NCBI RefSeq assembly: GCF_006345805.1
Contig: NW_021833459.1
Coordinates: forward strand, 1 to 64,000
Direction of reading: 5' to 3'
DNA length: 64,000 bases
Source of the DNA: Octopus sinensis
Taxonomy: Eukaryota
Positions 26,771 to 39,900 of this stretch are shown here, piece by piece. The notes below the pieces were generated by a model. It worked only from the letters and a program-made list of their open reading frames with translations. It did no database searches and was not told the DNA's origin. The translations under genes were made by a program, and so were the position numbers. The first letter of the stretch is position 1. Each line of letters begins with the position of its first letter.

Positions 26771-27003
26771 TCTAATTTCTTTATTGCCAACAAATGGCTA
26801 CACACAGAGGGGACAAACAAGGACAGACAAAAGGCTTAAGTCGATTACATCGACCCCAGTGCGTAACTGGTACTTAATTTAATCGACCCCGAAAGGATGA
26901 AAGGCAAAGTTGACCTCGGCGGAATTTAAACTCAGAACGTAACGGCAGACGAAATACTATTAAGCATTTCGCCCGGCGTGCTAACAGTTCTGCCAGCTCA
27001 CCA
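26771..27003 (-). mobile_element. tRNA-derived SINE family B, near full length
   Basis: Reverse complement of the 50984-51214 copy (GAGCTGGCAGAA head, GAGTTTAAATTCC B box, CCTTTCATCCTTTCGGGGTCGAT...AAGTACCAG domain). Confidence 0.9.
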
Positions 27004-27005
27004 GC

Positions 27006-27006
27006 C

Positions 27007-27095
<89 letters not shown>
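27006..27095. repeat. (TATC)n microsatellite
   Basis: Seen directly. Confidence 0.97.
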
Positions 27096-27096
<1 letters not shown>

Positions 27097-27143
27097 ACGC
27101 ACACACACACGCGCGCGCATACGTACACATAAGTGTATACATG

Positions 27144-27376
27144 TATGAAATAACCAGTCGTTAGTATAGCTATAGCTCAGCAAAATTATGGAATATTGAT
27201 GTTGAACATGTGTAAATACACAATCACACACACACATAAATGCATACACACACACACATAAGTGTGTATGTGTGTATGAATGTGATTATTTTTTTGTATA
27301 TGTTCAATAACAATCATCAATATTCCTTGATTTAGCTGAAGTATAGCTATACTAACAACTGGTTATTTTATTCATA
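27144..27376. repeat. ~230-bp imperfect foldback (MITE-like)
   Basis: Arms 27144-27209 and 27300-27376 are reverse complements (AAATAACCAGTYGTTAGTATAGCTATA...GGAATATTGATG...TTGAACAT), with a (CA)n/(TG)n centre. Confidence 0.7.
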
Positions 27377-27405
27377 TATACCATACATACATACATATAT
27401 ATATA

Positions 27406-27566
27406 GCAGGAGTGGCTGTGTGGTAAGTGCTTGCTTACCAACCACATGGTTCCGGGTTCAGTCCCACTGCGTGGCATCTTAGGCAAGTGTCTTCTGCTAT
27501 AGCCCCGGGCCTACCAATGCCTTGTGAGTGGATTTGGTAGACGGAAACTGAAAGAAGCATGTCGTA

Positions 27567-27607
<41 letters not shown>

Positions 27608-27827
27608 TTGTGTGTGTTTGTGTGTCTGTCTTTGTGTCCCTAGCATTGCTTGACAACCGATGCTGGTGTGTTTACGTGCCCCTCACTTAGCGGTTCGGTA
27701 AAAGAGACCGATAGAATAAGTACTGGGCTTACAAAGAATAAGTCCCGGGGTCGATTTGCTCGACTAAAGGCGGTGCCCCAGCATGGCCGCAGTCAAATGA
27801 CTGAAACAAGTAAAAGTGTAAAAGAGT
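27406..27827 (+). mobile_element. SINE family A
   Basis: Near full-length copy with A/B boxes, internal microsatellite and tail. Confidence 0.92.
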
Positions 27828-28277
27828 ATATATACATATATATATATATATATATACATACATACACCCACCCACCCACCCACCCACACTCTCACCAATC
27901 TATATGTATATATGTTAATGAATAACAAAGTGTATTTACAGCAGCAGAGGTTTTGAAATCATTTAGTGGGGAGGGAATTACTTTTTTGGCGTGAACTCGT
28001 AGCATATCACACACTTATCATATCGCAAGTATACATACACGAGTGAGACTTGTACAAATATTCACCCTCTCCCATTCATCTATCTATCTGTCTATCCATG
28101 AATATATCTGTCTTTCTATCCACCTATCTGTTTGATTCGATATATCCATTAAACCATGCCTGTCTGTTTATCTACCCAACAATCTCTCTATCTATTCGTC
28201 TGTCTGGCAACCTGTTTATATCGGTCTATCTGCCTGTTCGTTTGTTTGACTATGTTGTCTGTCGTTCTATCAGCGTA

Positions 28278-28657
28278 GTGGAGGCGCAATGGCCCAGTGG
28301 TTAGGGCAGTGGAGTCTCGGTCATAGTATCGCGGTTTCGATTCCCAGACCGGGCGTTGTGAGTGTTTATTGAACGAAAACACCTAAAAGCTCCACGAGGC
28401 TCCGACAGGGATGGTGGTGATCCCTGCTGTACTCTTTCACCACAACTTTCTCTCACTCTTACTTCCTGTTTTTGTTTGTACCTGTATTTCAAAGGGCCGG
28501 CCTTGTCACTCTCTGAATATCCCCGAGAACTACGTTAAGGGTACACGTGTCTGTGGAGTGCTCAACCACTTACACGTTAATTTCATGAGCAGGCTGTTCC
28601 GTTGATTCGGATCAACCGGAACCCTCGTCGTCGTAACCGACGGAGTGCTTCCATCCA
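28278..28657 (+). mobile_element. tRNA(Arg)-like SINE family C with 12-bp TSD
   Basis: A box TGGCCCAGTGG, B box GGTTTCGATTCCC, (CCAT)n tail, and a perfect direct repeat TCTATCAGCGTA at 28266-28277 and 28658-28669. Confidence 0.9.
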
Positions 28658-28879
28658 TCTATCAGCGTATTATTCTGTCTGTCTGTCTATATCTCTCTCG
28701 TCTCGTTGCTTAGGCAAAAACTAACTAACCGACACTGGCAGGAATACAAAGATATAGAGTATGCTTTTGAACGCAGGAGAGTGCACAACTGCCCCGTGTG
28801 TGTGTGTGTGTGTGTGTATGTGCTCGTGCACGTGTGTGTGTGCGTCTGTGTGTGCATATTTTCTTGTTCATGTCACCTT

Positions 28880-29510
28880 CACCCGTACCTACCAGACTGA
28901 TCTTTTCGGCCACACCCTCTTCTCGACCGCATAATTTCTATCATATTTTCCCAGCCCTCTACCCTACATCTTCGTTTAGCAATTCTACGAGACTTCCAAC
29001 TTTTCCAACCCAATCGTACCACTTCGATGATTTCACCAACCACCTCCCCCATTTTTGGAACGAACCCTAAACCTGCGTGATCGTATCTCCTTACCCTCTT
29101 CCACTCTCACTCATCCTGGATCCCTACCTTCAGAACCCAAGTGCAACACATCCTTTCATCACCAACTCCATCTCCCTCACTGGTACCACTAACACACTGT
29201 TCACACCCGTGACTCTTTGCATGCATCTCATATAATATCACTTATTGCCCAAAATGTACTGTATTTGGGTTTTTGCTTTTTGAATGGTCTTATTGCCGTC
29301 TAGCCGACTGGTTTAATCATCATGTACGAGATATCCTCATCCAGAAAAATACACCTGTTGCCCACCACTTCAGCTCCATAAACCACCCCACCTAACACTT
29401 GACAGTGTTCCACATGTCCTTACGTCATGGATCTGCTACAACCACAGTTTGCAAGGAGCAACGGTGCATCTTATTACGGCATCATACACCGTTTACACCT
29501 AACGTCCCGC
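28880..29510 (+). pseudogene. Penelope-like element: linker + GIY-YIG endonuclease remnant
   Basis: Frameshifted but ordered motifs RTLNLRDR (29061-29084), CPKC (~29246-29257), RLADWFNHHVRDIL (from 29297), PVAHHFSSINH (29354-29386) and EQRCILLRHHTPFTPN match the PLE pattern RxxNLRDxL...CxKC...RxxxHxxDI...PVAxHFxxxxH...E-I-P-N. Confidence 0.72.
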
Positions 29511-29643
29511 CTTCTACCAACAGATTTTTTATAGTAATAGCTCTCTTCTTGTAACATACATTGTAACAATCTCATTCTCTTTTACTCTACCTTCATTCTC
29601 TTCTTTCCTTTCCACTTATATTCCAAACACTCTTATACAGTCA

Positions 29644-29934
29644 CAATGCCTTGTGAGTGGATTTGGTAGACGGAAACTGAAGGAAATCTGTCACATATAT
29701 ATATACACACATATGTGTGTATGTGTTCGTGTGTGTGTGCATTTGTTCGCGCGTGTGTGTGTGTGTGTGTTTACATCTGAGTCTGTTTGTGTACGTCCCC
29801 AACATCGCTTGACAACCGATGCTGGTGTGTGTACGTCCCCGTAATCTTGCGGTTCGGCAACAAGAGCAGGATAGAATATATACTAAGCTTACAAAATATA
29901 AGTCTTGGCCGACGTCAAATGACTGAAACAAATA
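29644..29934 (+). mobile_element. SINE family A, 5'-truncated and diverged
   Basis: CAATGCCTTGTGAGTGGATTTGGTAGACGGAAACTGAA...GACAACCGATGCTGGTGTG...AAATGACTGAAACAA. Confidence 0.85.
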
Positions 29935-30070
29935 ATACGATATTTATATATCATTTATATATATATATATATAACAAATAATATCATATTTATATATTAT
30001 TTATATATATATAAAACAAATAATACGATATTTATATATATATATATATATATATAAATATCGTATTATT

Positions 30071-30102
<32 letters not shown>

Positions 30103-30183
30103 TCATCCATCCGTAGATAGATACATACATACATACACACGCGCGCGCACAAATGCACACGCACGAACACATACACACATATG

Positions 30184-30254
<71 letters not shown>

Positions 30255-33200
30255 TCATCCATCCACAGATAGATACATACATTGAAGTGAAATTTTTCCT
30301 TTGAATTCATGTGCGAAAATCAAAATTAGTCTGCAAATAATAAAAGACGTTAAATAACCACTGCTTTAGATTATAATTTAGTGCCAATAGAAATATTTAA
30401 ACATTGAGAATTCAAGTTTGAACATCGATGGATGGACTTTTAAACATACTTCGAGTAGAATGGACGACATTTATATGTCACTCGTTATTTCTTCATTTAA
30501 TAAACCTTTAAACTCGCATTGAAAAACACTAATGGGTTATATGACGTAACTTCAGTTTCCTAACATTCACGAAAAGCATCAAGAGTTAGCTTAACTAAAA
30601 TCTTCAAAAGAAACGAAAGATAATGAAAACGTTGAAAGTGACGCTGGCTTTTAAAAGTTGACGCCATATTACGTGTGACTGATCAAGAGCTGTGAAAGCA
30701 AATGGATGAGATGAGATGAAGTGACATAGAGATATTTACAGTATAGAAAGAGGAGATATCGTGGCAGATAGAGAATAGATGAGCGACAGACAATTGAAGA
30801 GGTAGACCGGCAAATGTAAATTAAAGAGGCAGAAAAGTATAAACGATGAGATTTGAGAAAGATACTGGAATATATAAAAGAGTGAATGTAGCTGTTAGCA
30901 GAGGGGAAGACAGATAAAGTGAAAGAGGCAGGATCAAAATTCTGAAGAAATAAAAAGAAAGATACAGAGTTAAGGAAAGGTGATTGCATCAGTTGATAAC
31001 GACGCGAAGACACAAATGTATGAATGATTGGATAGACTTGGATAAGTAGGAGAGATATACAACGTGGATAGAATACACGAAGTTTAGTTGAATATCATAA
31101 GCGTCATGAATTTCCAAGATATGAAAATATCTGCATAGACATTAAATCATCCCGTAAGATGTGATATCAAAAGTTTGAAACCTACATGAAACATTGCAAT
31201 TTTAAAGCAAACTGTCTTTTAAAAGCTGGTCCATTAAGCTGAAGATTACAGTAGTCAGGAAATTTCAAAATTTATGGCTGGATATAGGATCAGAAATTTG
31301 GAATAAATCAGTATATTTTGGTTGTTTGTTTCTTAAACAAAAAAAATGTAATATGAATACTACCATGCACTGCTAAATATGTGAGTGCATGTGTATATTT
31401 TGTGTATTTAGGGAGACCTGAAACGTTGTAAGGGTGTGTAGTTTGCATCGAACTTCCTAAGATTTTAATTGATATGTAATAACACAACTCTACGAAACTA
31501 AGATTTCCAACTATTTTATTTCGTCAACATCTACCAGTCTTTCAATATTCTTATTTCAATTCTGAGTGGTTATGGAATACGAAAATAGCTAAATTGCTAT
31601 GTATCTAATTGTCTGATTATTCTGCTTGTCTGTCAATGTGTGTATATCTGTATGTATTTCTGTCCTACAGTATATGATATTGCACTTCACAATTATTTTC
31701 TTTTTAACTCAAACACCCACTGTTTTTATTGTACTATTTTGTCTTTCATAACAGTTCGGCCAAACGTCTGATAGAATATTTCGATTAAACCCGTTAATGT
31801 ACTGCTCCATATACACATGTGTATGCACACACACACACAAACACATATACACACAAACTAACATAAGTGTACGCGCACAAACGCTTATACACACCCACAC
31901 ACGCGCACACACACACACATTCACACACATATGTACATACATGTTGTCACCTACATTCAATATATATGTACAATATATATATACACTAGCTTATATAGTG
32001 GGTGCTTTTTCGTATACGAGCAAATCCATTGCTAGAAATAATCATTGGAACGGGCAATTGATAATGCCATGTGAGGCTTTTATATGCCTCGTGAGCCCCA
32101 CCTAATATTTGCACAGAGTATTGTATAATGCACTATTGTGCTGGGTAGCAGAAATAACCGGGGACACAGAATGAAGTTCCTTGACATGTCTTTTAATCCT
32201 CCCACTGAAACACATACCTTTCTCATCTTTCAATATCTGTATTATAATTTATATATATGAATGTGTATGGGTGTGTTTATGTGGGTATATATATTCTTAT
32301 GTACATATGTATATACATTATTTATTCTGAATATGTTTAATATATTTTCATTTATTGTAATGAAATCAGTAAATATGATAAAAGTAACAGTTTTAATATG
32401 TACATACGAATACATTTTTTCTTTGGTCATATGTGTAATAAGTGTTTTAAAATATATTTCTAGAATAATATCCTTTTGTCAGTTATTTCAAACATCATGC
32501 GATAGGAGTTCTAATTCTACTTAAAATTGCACAGGAAATTGAGTGTTCTTGAGGAAATATCAAGAAGAGTTAATGTTTTTCTGCGTCAAAAGTTTGTTAC
32601 ATAGTAAAGCAAAAGCTATTTACAAGCTATATTTCCATACATAATCAAACAAGCCACTTTAAGGTTTTAAACACATATAATTCTTATCGCAATTATCATA
32701 TTGCACATATACCTAGGTACCCATGCGGGATGGGTTTTTTTAAAAAGATAATGACTTTACCTGCTATATTTACCATGTGTTTTTTCTGTTTGCGTATGAA
32801 TGTATATCAGCATATGAAATGATTCCTTATTAGCCTTTTTGCTTTCATATTTGGTTGGGAAGATACCTTAACGTTTAAAACTTTCTCCAATTTCATCTCA
32901 TCTTCTGTGTGATTTTTAGATTGTAGTGTTGTTGTTTGTTTTATACGTCAAAGCATATGAGACAGATGCAATTTCCATTACCGTATTTTAAATATTTGAA
33001 TAATGTTACCATATTATTTCCAGTGATCCATAACACTTTGTTTGCTTCAAGTGTTTTGTATTTGTGTGTTAATTTAAATTTGCTATCAATAAATTTTGTG
33101 TAGATAACACAATATAACAAGCTTGCAACTTGTTCCCTTATATACATAAGAGGGAAATATAATTTACCGTACTCATTCATATATAGTACAGCAGGTAAGA

Positions 33201-33314
33201 GCGAGAAGTTCCGAAAAATGTGATGTACCTAAAAATGGCATTAATCAAAATACGAATTATTAATAAAAATATATATGGATATAAACAATTAAAGTCAAAC
33301 TCAGTCTTATCATA

Positions 33315-33358
<44 letters not shown>

Positions 33359-33361
33359 TCA

Positions 33362-33771
33362 TTTTACTCTTTTACTCTTTTATTTGTTTCAGTCATTTTG
33401 ACTGCGGTAATGCTGGAGCACCGCCTTTAGTCGAGCAAATCGACCCCGAGACTTATTATTTGTAAGCCCAGTACTTATTCTATCGGTCTATTTTGCCGAA
33501 CCGCTAAGTGACGGGGACGTAAACACACCAGCATCGGTTGTCAAGCAATGCTAGGGGGACAAACACAGACACACACTCACTCATATATATATATACATAC
33601 ATATATACGACAGGCTTCTTTCAGTTTCTGTCTACCAAATCCACTCGCAAGGCATTGGTTGGCCCGGGGCTATAGCAGAAGTCACCTGCCCAAGATGCCA
33701 CGCAGTGGGAATGAACCCGGAACCATGTGGTTGGTTAGCAAGCTACTTACCACACAGCCACTCCTGCGCCT
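33362..33771 (-). mobile_element. SINE family A
   Basis: Full-length reverse-complement copy. Confidence 0.92.
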
Positions 33772-34399
33772 ATACGTATATATTGAGACGCTTTTATATA
33801 CTGAAAGGGACACACACATATCGATATATGCGTAGGGACATCGAGATTAAGATTTCTACTTTTCAGAAAATTTTCGATTAATTATTAAAACCAAAATTGT
33901 CTAAATGCAGTTATTATCGACATGTGTAGTAAATAACTGGGATTCTTACATTCTTCCCTTTTTAGATGATTGTAAATCTATAATTTACGAGCCGTTTTCC
34001 TTGTAGCAGCCCCTTAAATATTTATTTTGAATATTGCCAATGTTTTACCATAGAAAATTTAAATAATTTTTCTCGGCTGAAGTCACCATTACCATTATCA
34101 TCTGTCACTTATGGGAAATGATTTTCACAGTCGTCCAGGATCCAAGAGACGCAGCATCCGATGCCCGTAGCGATTATGCGCAATTTTTATCCTTTTCAAA
34201 AGTAGAATTTACTTAATATATCAGAAGCTATTATATTTAGTTCAATTGCATCAACTACAGAAATAGTTGTTTTCTAATATTGCAGTCCTTCCAGTGAAAT
34301 GATCATATAATTTAAGCATGGTGAATTTGCAATTCCATTGGACGTTATTATGAGTCCATCTCCCTCTTTATCTCTGTGTGCGTATGTCTGTGTTATATA

Positions 34400-34440
<41 letters not shown>

Positions 34441-35741
34441 TATATATATATATAAGTATATATGTAAAAACGTATGCATTGTGTATATGAGAGCATGTAC
34501 ATACATGAGTGTTTCTCTGTTTATGAGTGTACGTTCGTCTGTATATATATGTATAAGGGCGTTTATGTATATCTCTGTGCACTTGTGTTTGTAAGTGTGT
34601 TTGTGCAGCTTGATATATTTTCGCTTGTTAATACTTTCTGTTCATATAAGCAGGTCCATCTATTCACACACTCACAGCGAAAGTGACAAAAAAAGAAGCT
34701 GAGCGGTTTCAGACAGATAGAAATTCATCACACCCATTGATCATATCTGGTGACTTTTGTACAATTATGACTCAGCCGCAGTAGCTGATTGGGTAGGGAC
34801 ACTCCCTTCATATATTACAGCTGGTCGGATATTATTGTCACGTAGTCATAGAACCTTGATATTTGGTGCACCGCGACGGTAATGCCTAATTCATGGGTTT
34901 GCGAGGGAAATAGCTATTGCAATCTATAGGGAGTTTGCTGTTTGTTAGCCAGTTATCTTCATTCTGATGTAGTGATTATGCTAATGAAAAAGTTCTAGCC
35001 GTAGAGTACGTTACAGTGAATTTCTATCAGAAAACTTTTCGTTTTTGGAACGTGAAAATATTATCTCTAGCAATGAAGTGCACTTAGGTTTGTAAAGATT
35101 TATTTTGAACACAAATTCTTCATTTTGTGGAAACTAGCCAATATGTGCATGGCTTTGGCAAATTTCTTCCTGAAAATAGCAATTTATAATTCCGTTAATT
35201 GACACCATGCTTCATTATTCAAAATTTAGTTATATGTGGTACGTCTCACATCGGCAACCATATATAAATAAAGATATGAAATAAACGTAGTCCACGCCCG
35301 ACCACATTTTATATACAAATATACGCTTAAGTTTGTGTGTACATTCATAACAGTAACCGAGTACCAGACATTTAGGCAATGCAAACGTATATGTCATTGA
35401 TAAGTGATGGCAATGCATGTTTAAGCACCCAAGTCAGGAAAAGTTTGTTTATCTTATTTCAGTCACTGGACAGGATTTACTGGGGGAGAACTAACCTCCC
35501 TCACTTAAACAATTTCACCTTTGTTTCACAAACAAATTCAAGCTATCCTATTCCTAGTGGACAGATAAGTACATAGTATACTGTCAGAGGTTTGCTATAT
35601 TCAGTTCTACTTAATATATTGAACAGATTGCACCGCTAGGATGCGTGTGTGAGAGCCATAGAACATTCTACATAAAATTTCATAATAATGAATGAAACGT
35701 GTTGAGGTTTAGCTACATTGTATGTCCGTGGTTTTCTCATA

Positions 35742-35817
<76 letters not shown>

Positions 35818-36682
35818 TTAATTACTCATTTTCTTTGCATCTCATTTTCGTTATTTTACCAAGTTTTGAAATTATTATCTTCCTTAGTTCTGGCTATCTG
35901 TTACATTTATTCTTATTTCTTATTTCGTTTTTACATTCCATAAATTTTTACATGTATACTGAATATTTTCATATTTCATTTTGCAATTGTTACGAAAGTA
36001 TCTCATATACAAGAAAACCGCAAACTCACAATTACAAGAATATGCATATATACATAGACACAAACATGTATGTATACCGGGTGATTATATACTATATATT
36101 ACTTCGTCAATATTTACAGATGAGGAACCTGACGACAATGCACTTATTAGGCAATTAAGGTAGAGTTCTAAATTATACAACCAGGAATCCATTTTCTACT
36201 TTAATTAAAGTTTGCCAAATTGGGAAATGCTGAAACGAAAAGGAAATTGTCTTTTAAAAGTTATTCCCTTTTTTCTACCATATCTGTGTTCCTAGTTTAA
36301 AAATTTTCTGAGAAGAGATTTCGTTCTGTTTTGAAGATTTTAGAATTAAATTCTACCTCTGAGATACTTTTCTGCCAATAGCTTTCTCGCCACACTTTAC
36401 AATTCTATTATTCGTTTTACCAGTGGTATCATTATTAATAATGCTTCAGACTATTGCTACAAATGAACTTGGGAAACAAGTAGTAACATTAAGACAGGAA
36501 AGGTTACTAAATACTAAACTTTAACTACGACACCAAGAACATATGTAATATTAGCTTTAATTTATTGGGCCCGGGTCTATTATCTTATACATTGGAGCTA
36601 AAATAATCTCATTCCTGATTCAAATGTTCGGAATGTGTTGTTAGATAGAGCAAAATAAATATTGTGGAAAATATCGTCAAAC

Positions 36683-36793
36683 GAAGAGATGAAAGGCGAA
36701 GTTAGCCTTGACGGAATTTGAACTCAGAATGTAAAGATAGACGAAATGTTGCTAAGCATTTTGTTCGACGTGCTAACGATTCTACCATCTCAC
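36683..36793 (-). mobile_element. SINE family B 5' fragment
   Basis: GATGAAAGGCGAAGTT...GGAATTTGAACTCAGAA...CTAAGCATTTTG...GTGCTAACGATTCTACCA. Confidence 0.75.
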
Positions 36794-36970
36794 ATATGGC
36801 TGCAATTTTGCACATGGATATATTTTTAATACTAAAATATCAAAACAACTACGAATAGAATCTCATACTTGATAAATATCCCCCACCCCAATCTAAGTCT
36901 TCGGACAACTGTAAAATATCTGTATAAATGTACCCTTTTTAATTTTAATTAGAAAAGGGAAAACTGTATA

Positions 36971-39900
36971 TCTCTTATTATAAAAAGCAGATTTTATGTG
37001 CCTCCCAAACCGTTTGTTTTTTATACAAATCTACAATATAGAATTTCTTCAATTAGAATTTACCTATCATTTTTACGAGTAGAATCCATCGGGTCGTGGC
37101 AGGTACAGTTTTTCCAATTCGAGAAAACTCAATATTTTTAGATTTCCCTCTTTCATTTTAACTGCTTCACTCCTACCATTACCACCACGCTTTCTGCTAC
37201 TTTCTCTTTGCAATTGTGCAACAATTAAAGTGAAACTTTTTATATAACAGGGATGAACTGCTTCACTCATGCTATCACCCTAATTTCTCCTACTTTCTCT
37301 TTGCAAGTGTACCTTAAACCACTACTCAAAAAAAAACAGCAAACAGAAACAAATAAATACATAACGATTTACTCCTCACACAATTTTTCAATTATAGTTT
37401 ACCTATGATTTTTCCAAGTACTTTCATTCAGTCATGCCATAAAAAATTTCATTCAATTTGACCCCCATTTAAGAAAAAATTCGACAAAACTCAATATTTT
37501 ACCATTTCACTCTTTCACTTCAAAGCCTTTACTCTGCCTATTACTCCCACTTCCTGTTTACACACATAGACACGCAAATATATACGACAGTGTCAATTGT
37601 TGAAAGAAATTGTAAGCTAACGTGTGTGTCTGTGTGCGTGCGTGTGTGTGTGTGTGTGAGTGTGTGTGTGTGTGCCTGTGTGTGACAGGGATGAGCCATT
37701 CAGGCTGGTCATTCCTTTTTGCTAGAAGATCTCCTATGGTCTTATATGCTACACCACTGGTTTTTAGTTCAAGAAGGACTATTCATTATAACACATCAGT
37801 TCCACACATTTACCCTGGTTCCATTTCGGACAACTGCACAAACATTTGCCATTTGACACATGTATGTAAACAAATTCCTTTCTTAAAAATTTCAATTCAT
37901 TTTCTTTTTCAATTTACGTTTCAATACACTTTACGCAAATATTTGATTAAACAACTAAAACACTTCACATTTCGAACATGTACGTAAGCTACTTCCATTC
38001 TTGCAAATCTAACTTTATTTTCTTGCTTTTAACTCAAATTTCAATACATTTTACACACTCTGTCGCTATACTTGCATAAAAAATTTCTTTCAGCTGCTAA
38101 TATTTCTTTCTTTTCCTTCCACGGTTTACATTTTTCCACATTTCATTCACATTACAATTTCTATCTTTAAGTAACTTTCACCCTTTCTTTTTCACATAAA
38201 ATGCCACCGAAAAAGAGAAGTCGCCTCGGCCGTCATACTGCAGCAGCAGCGGCGCAAAACGAGTCTTCCGACAAAAAGGGTTTCAGACTTTCACAGAGCG
38301 CCTTACGTTCAGCGCAATCACGAGCTGCTGAAAATTTACAACAGCACAACGCACGCCTAGCAAAAATGGCTTCATACGATGCTGCTTACACGGCTTCAGA
38401 CGGTCCGGAAACAAGGTCGAAGCGCAGCGCCATAAAGGCCTCTGCTGTTGCTGCACAAAGGGCTTCAGAGGACCCACAACAAAGGGCCACTCGACTGGCT
38501 ACAAACGCTGCGGCTACTGCTGCTTCAACATTTTCGACACATTCCCACGACTCAGACCAGCAACGTTCTACATTCAAGCGCAACAGTCGACGCCGCGGTC
38601 TGACGAGTCCAAACAGCTCTTACTGGCATCTACGTGCTTTCAAGTATGAGCCCAACTTCAATTACTCGATGCACGCTGACATAAATATTGGGGAAATGTG
38701 CTTCAATTACCAATTCTGCAATGCTAAAAAGTGGACTGGGGAACCACCTGCGATGTGCTGCTTAAACGGTAAGGTCAGCTTGCCCCCTCTTCGGGAGCTG
38801 CCAGACCCTTTGAAGGAATAACTTACTGGTTCCACCTTAAGGTCATCAAAATTCCTTGAACTCATCAGGAAGTACAATTGTGCATTTCAGATGACTTCTT
38901 TCGGGCTAACGTTGTCAGAGAAATTGGTTGGATGCCTACTTTCAAGGTCCAGGGCCAGGTGTACCACCTTATTGGGTCACTCCAGCCACTACAAAATTGC
39001 AAACTTTCGTTCCTTCAAATGTATTTCATTACAAATTACAATAGGCAACTTGATTTGCGTTTCGACGTAATTCCACAACCTGCAAACACTGACGCTGACA
39101 ATTTCGACAGGGACGTGCTGCTCACTCTGCAAAACATGCTTCATGACCACAAGAGCTATATTCGCAGTTTCAAATACGCCTTGGAAACAGCCCCTTCACC
39201 AACATTCACCATTGTCATCGATGCTGACAAAAAGCCTTCTGGGGAGCACGCGCGCCGATATAACGCTCCTTCGTGCAATGAAGTGGCCATAGTTCTCCAT
39301 GGTGAACAGCACAAGCAGCGAGACATAGTTCTTCAAAGCTGCGACAGTGGTCTTCAGCGTATTAATGAGACGCATCGGTCATATGACGCCCTGCAGTATC
39401 CCCTTCTTTTTCCGTATGGAGAAGGCGGGTACCATTTCTGCATTCCTCACCACAAACCAAACGGGCCCTCGGCTGCGACATCTAAAACCATTTCATGTAT
39501 GGCATTTTACTCATACCGCTTCATGACAAGGCATAATGATTTCAATCCCCTGCACAGATCACGGGAACTGTTTCACCAGTTTGCAGTTGACATGGCTGCA
39601 AAGATGGAGTCCGAGAGACTGTGCTTCATCAAACTGAATCAGAAGCAGCTGCGCTCAGACTCCTACATCCATTTGCGTGATGGCATCAGGAATGACGCTG
39701 ACGCCCGCAATATCGGCAAAATGTGCATTCTCCCCTCAACCTATACAAGGGGCCCACGGTACATGCACGAGCGAACACAAGACGCTATGACTTACGTTCG
39801 GCATTATGGGTGACCCGATTTATTCATTACCTTTACATGTAACCCAACGTGAGTTGAGGTAACGCGAGAACTTCTCCTAGGGCAGCAGTACTGTCATCGC

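Noticed and set aside
34690-34950. GC/CpG-richer patch with a CCAAT-like word (possible promoter or enhancer)
   Set aside because: No linked gene or TSS evidence; single short motifs are uninformative.
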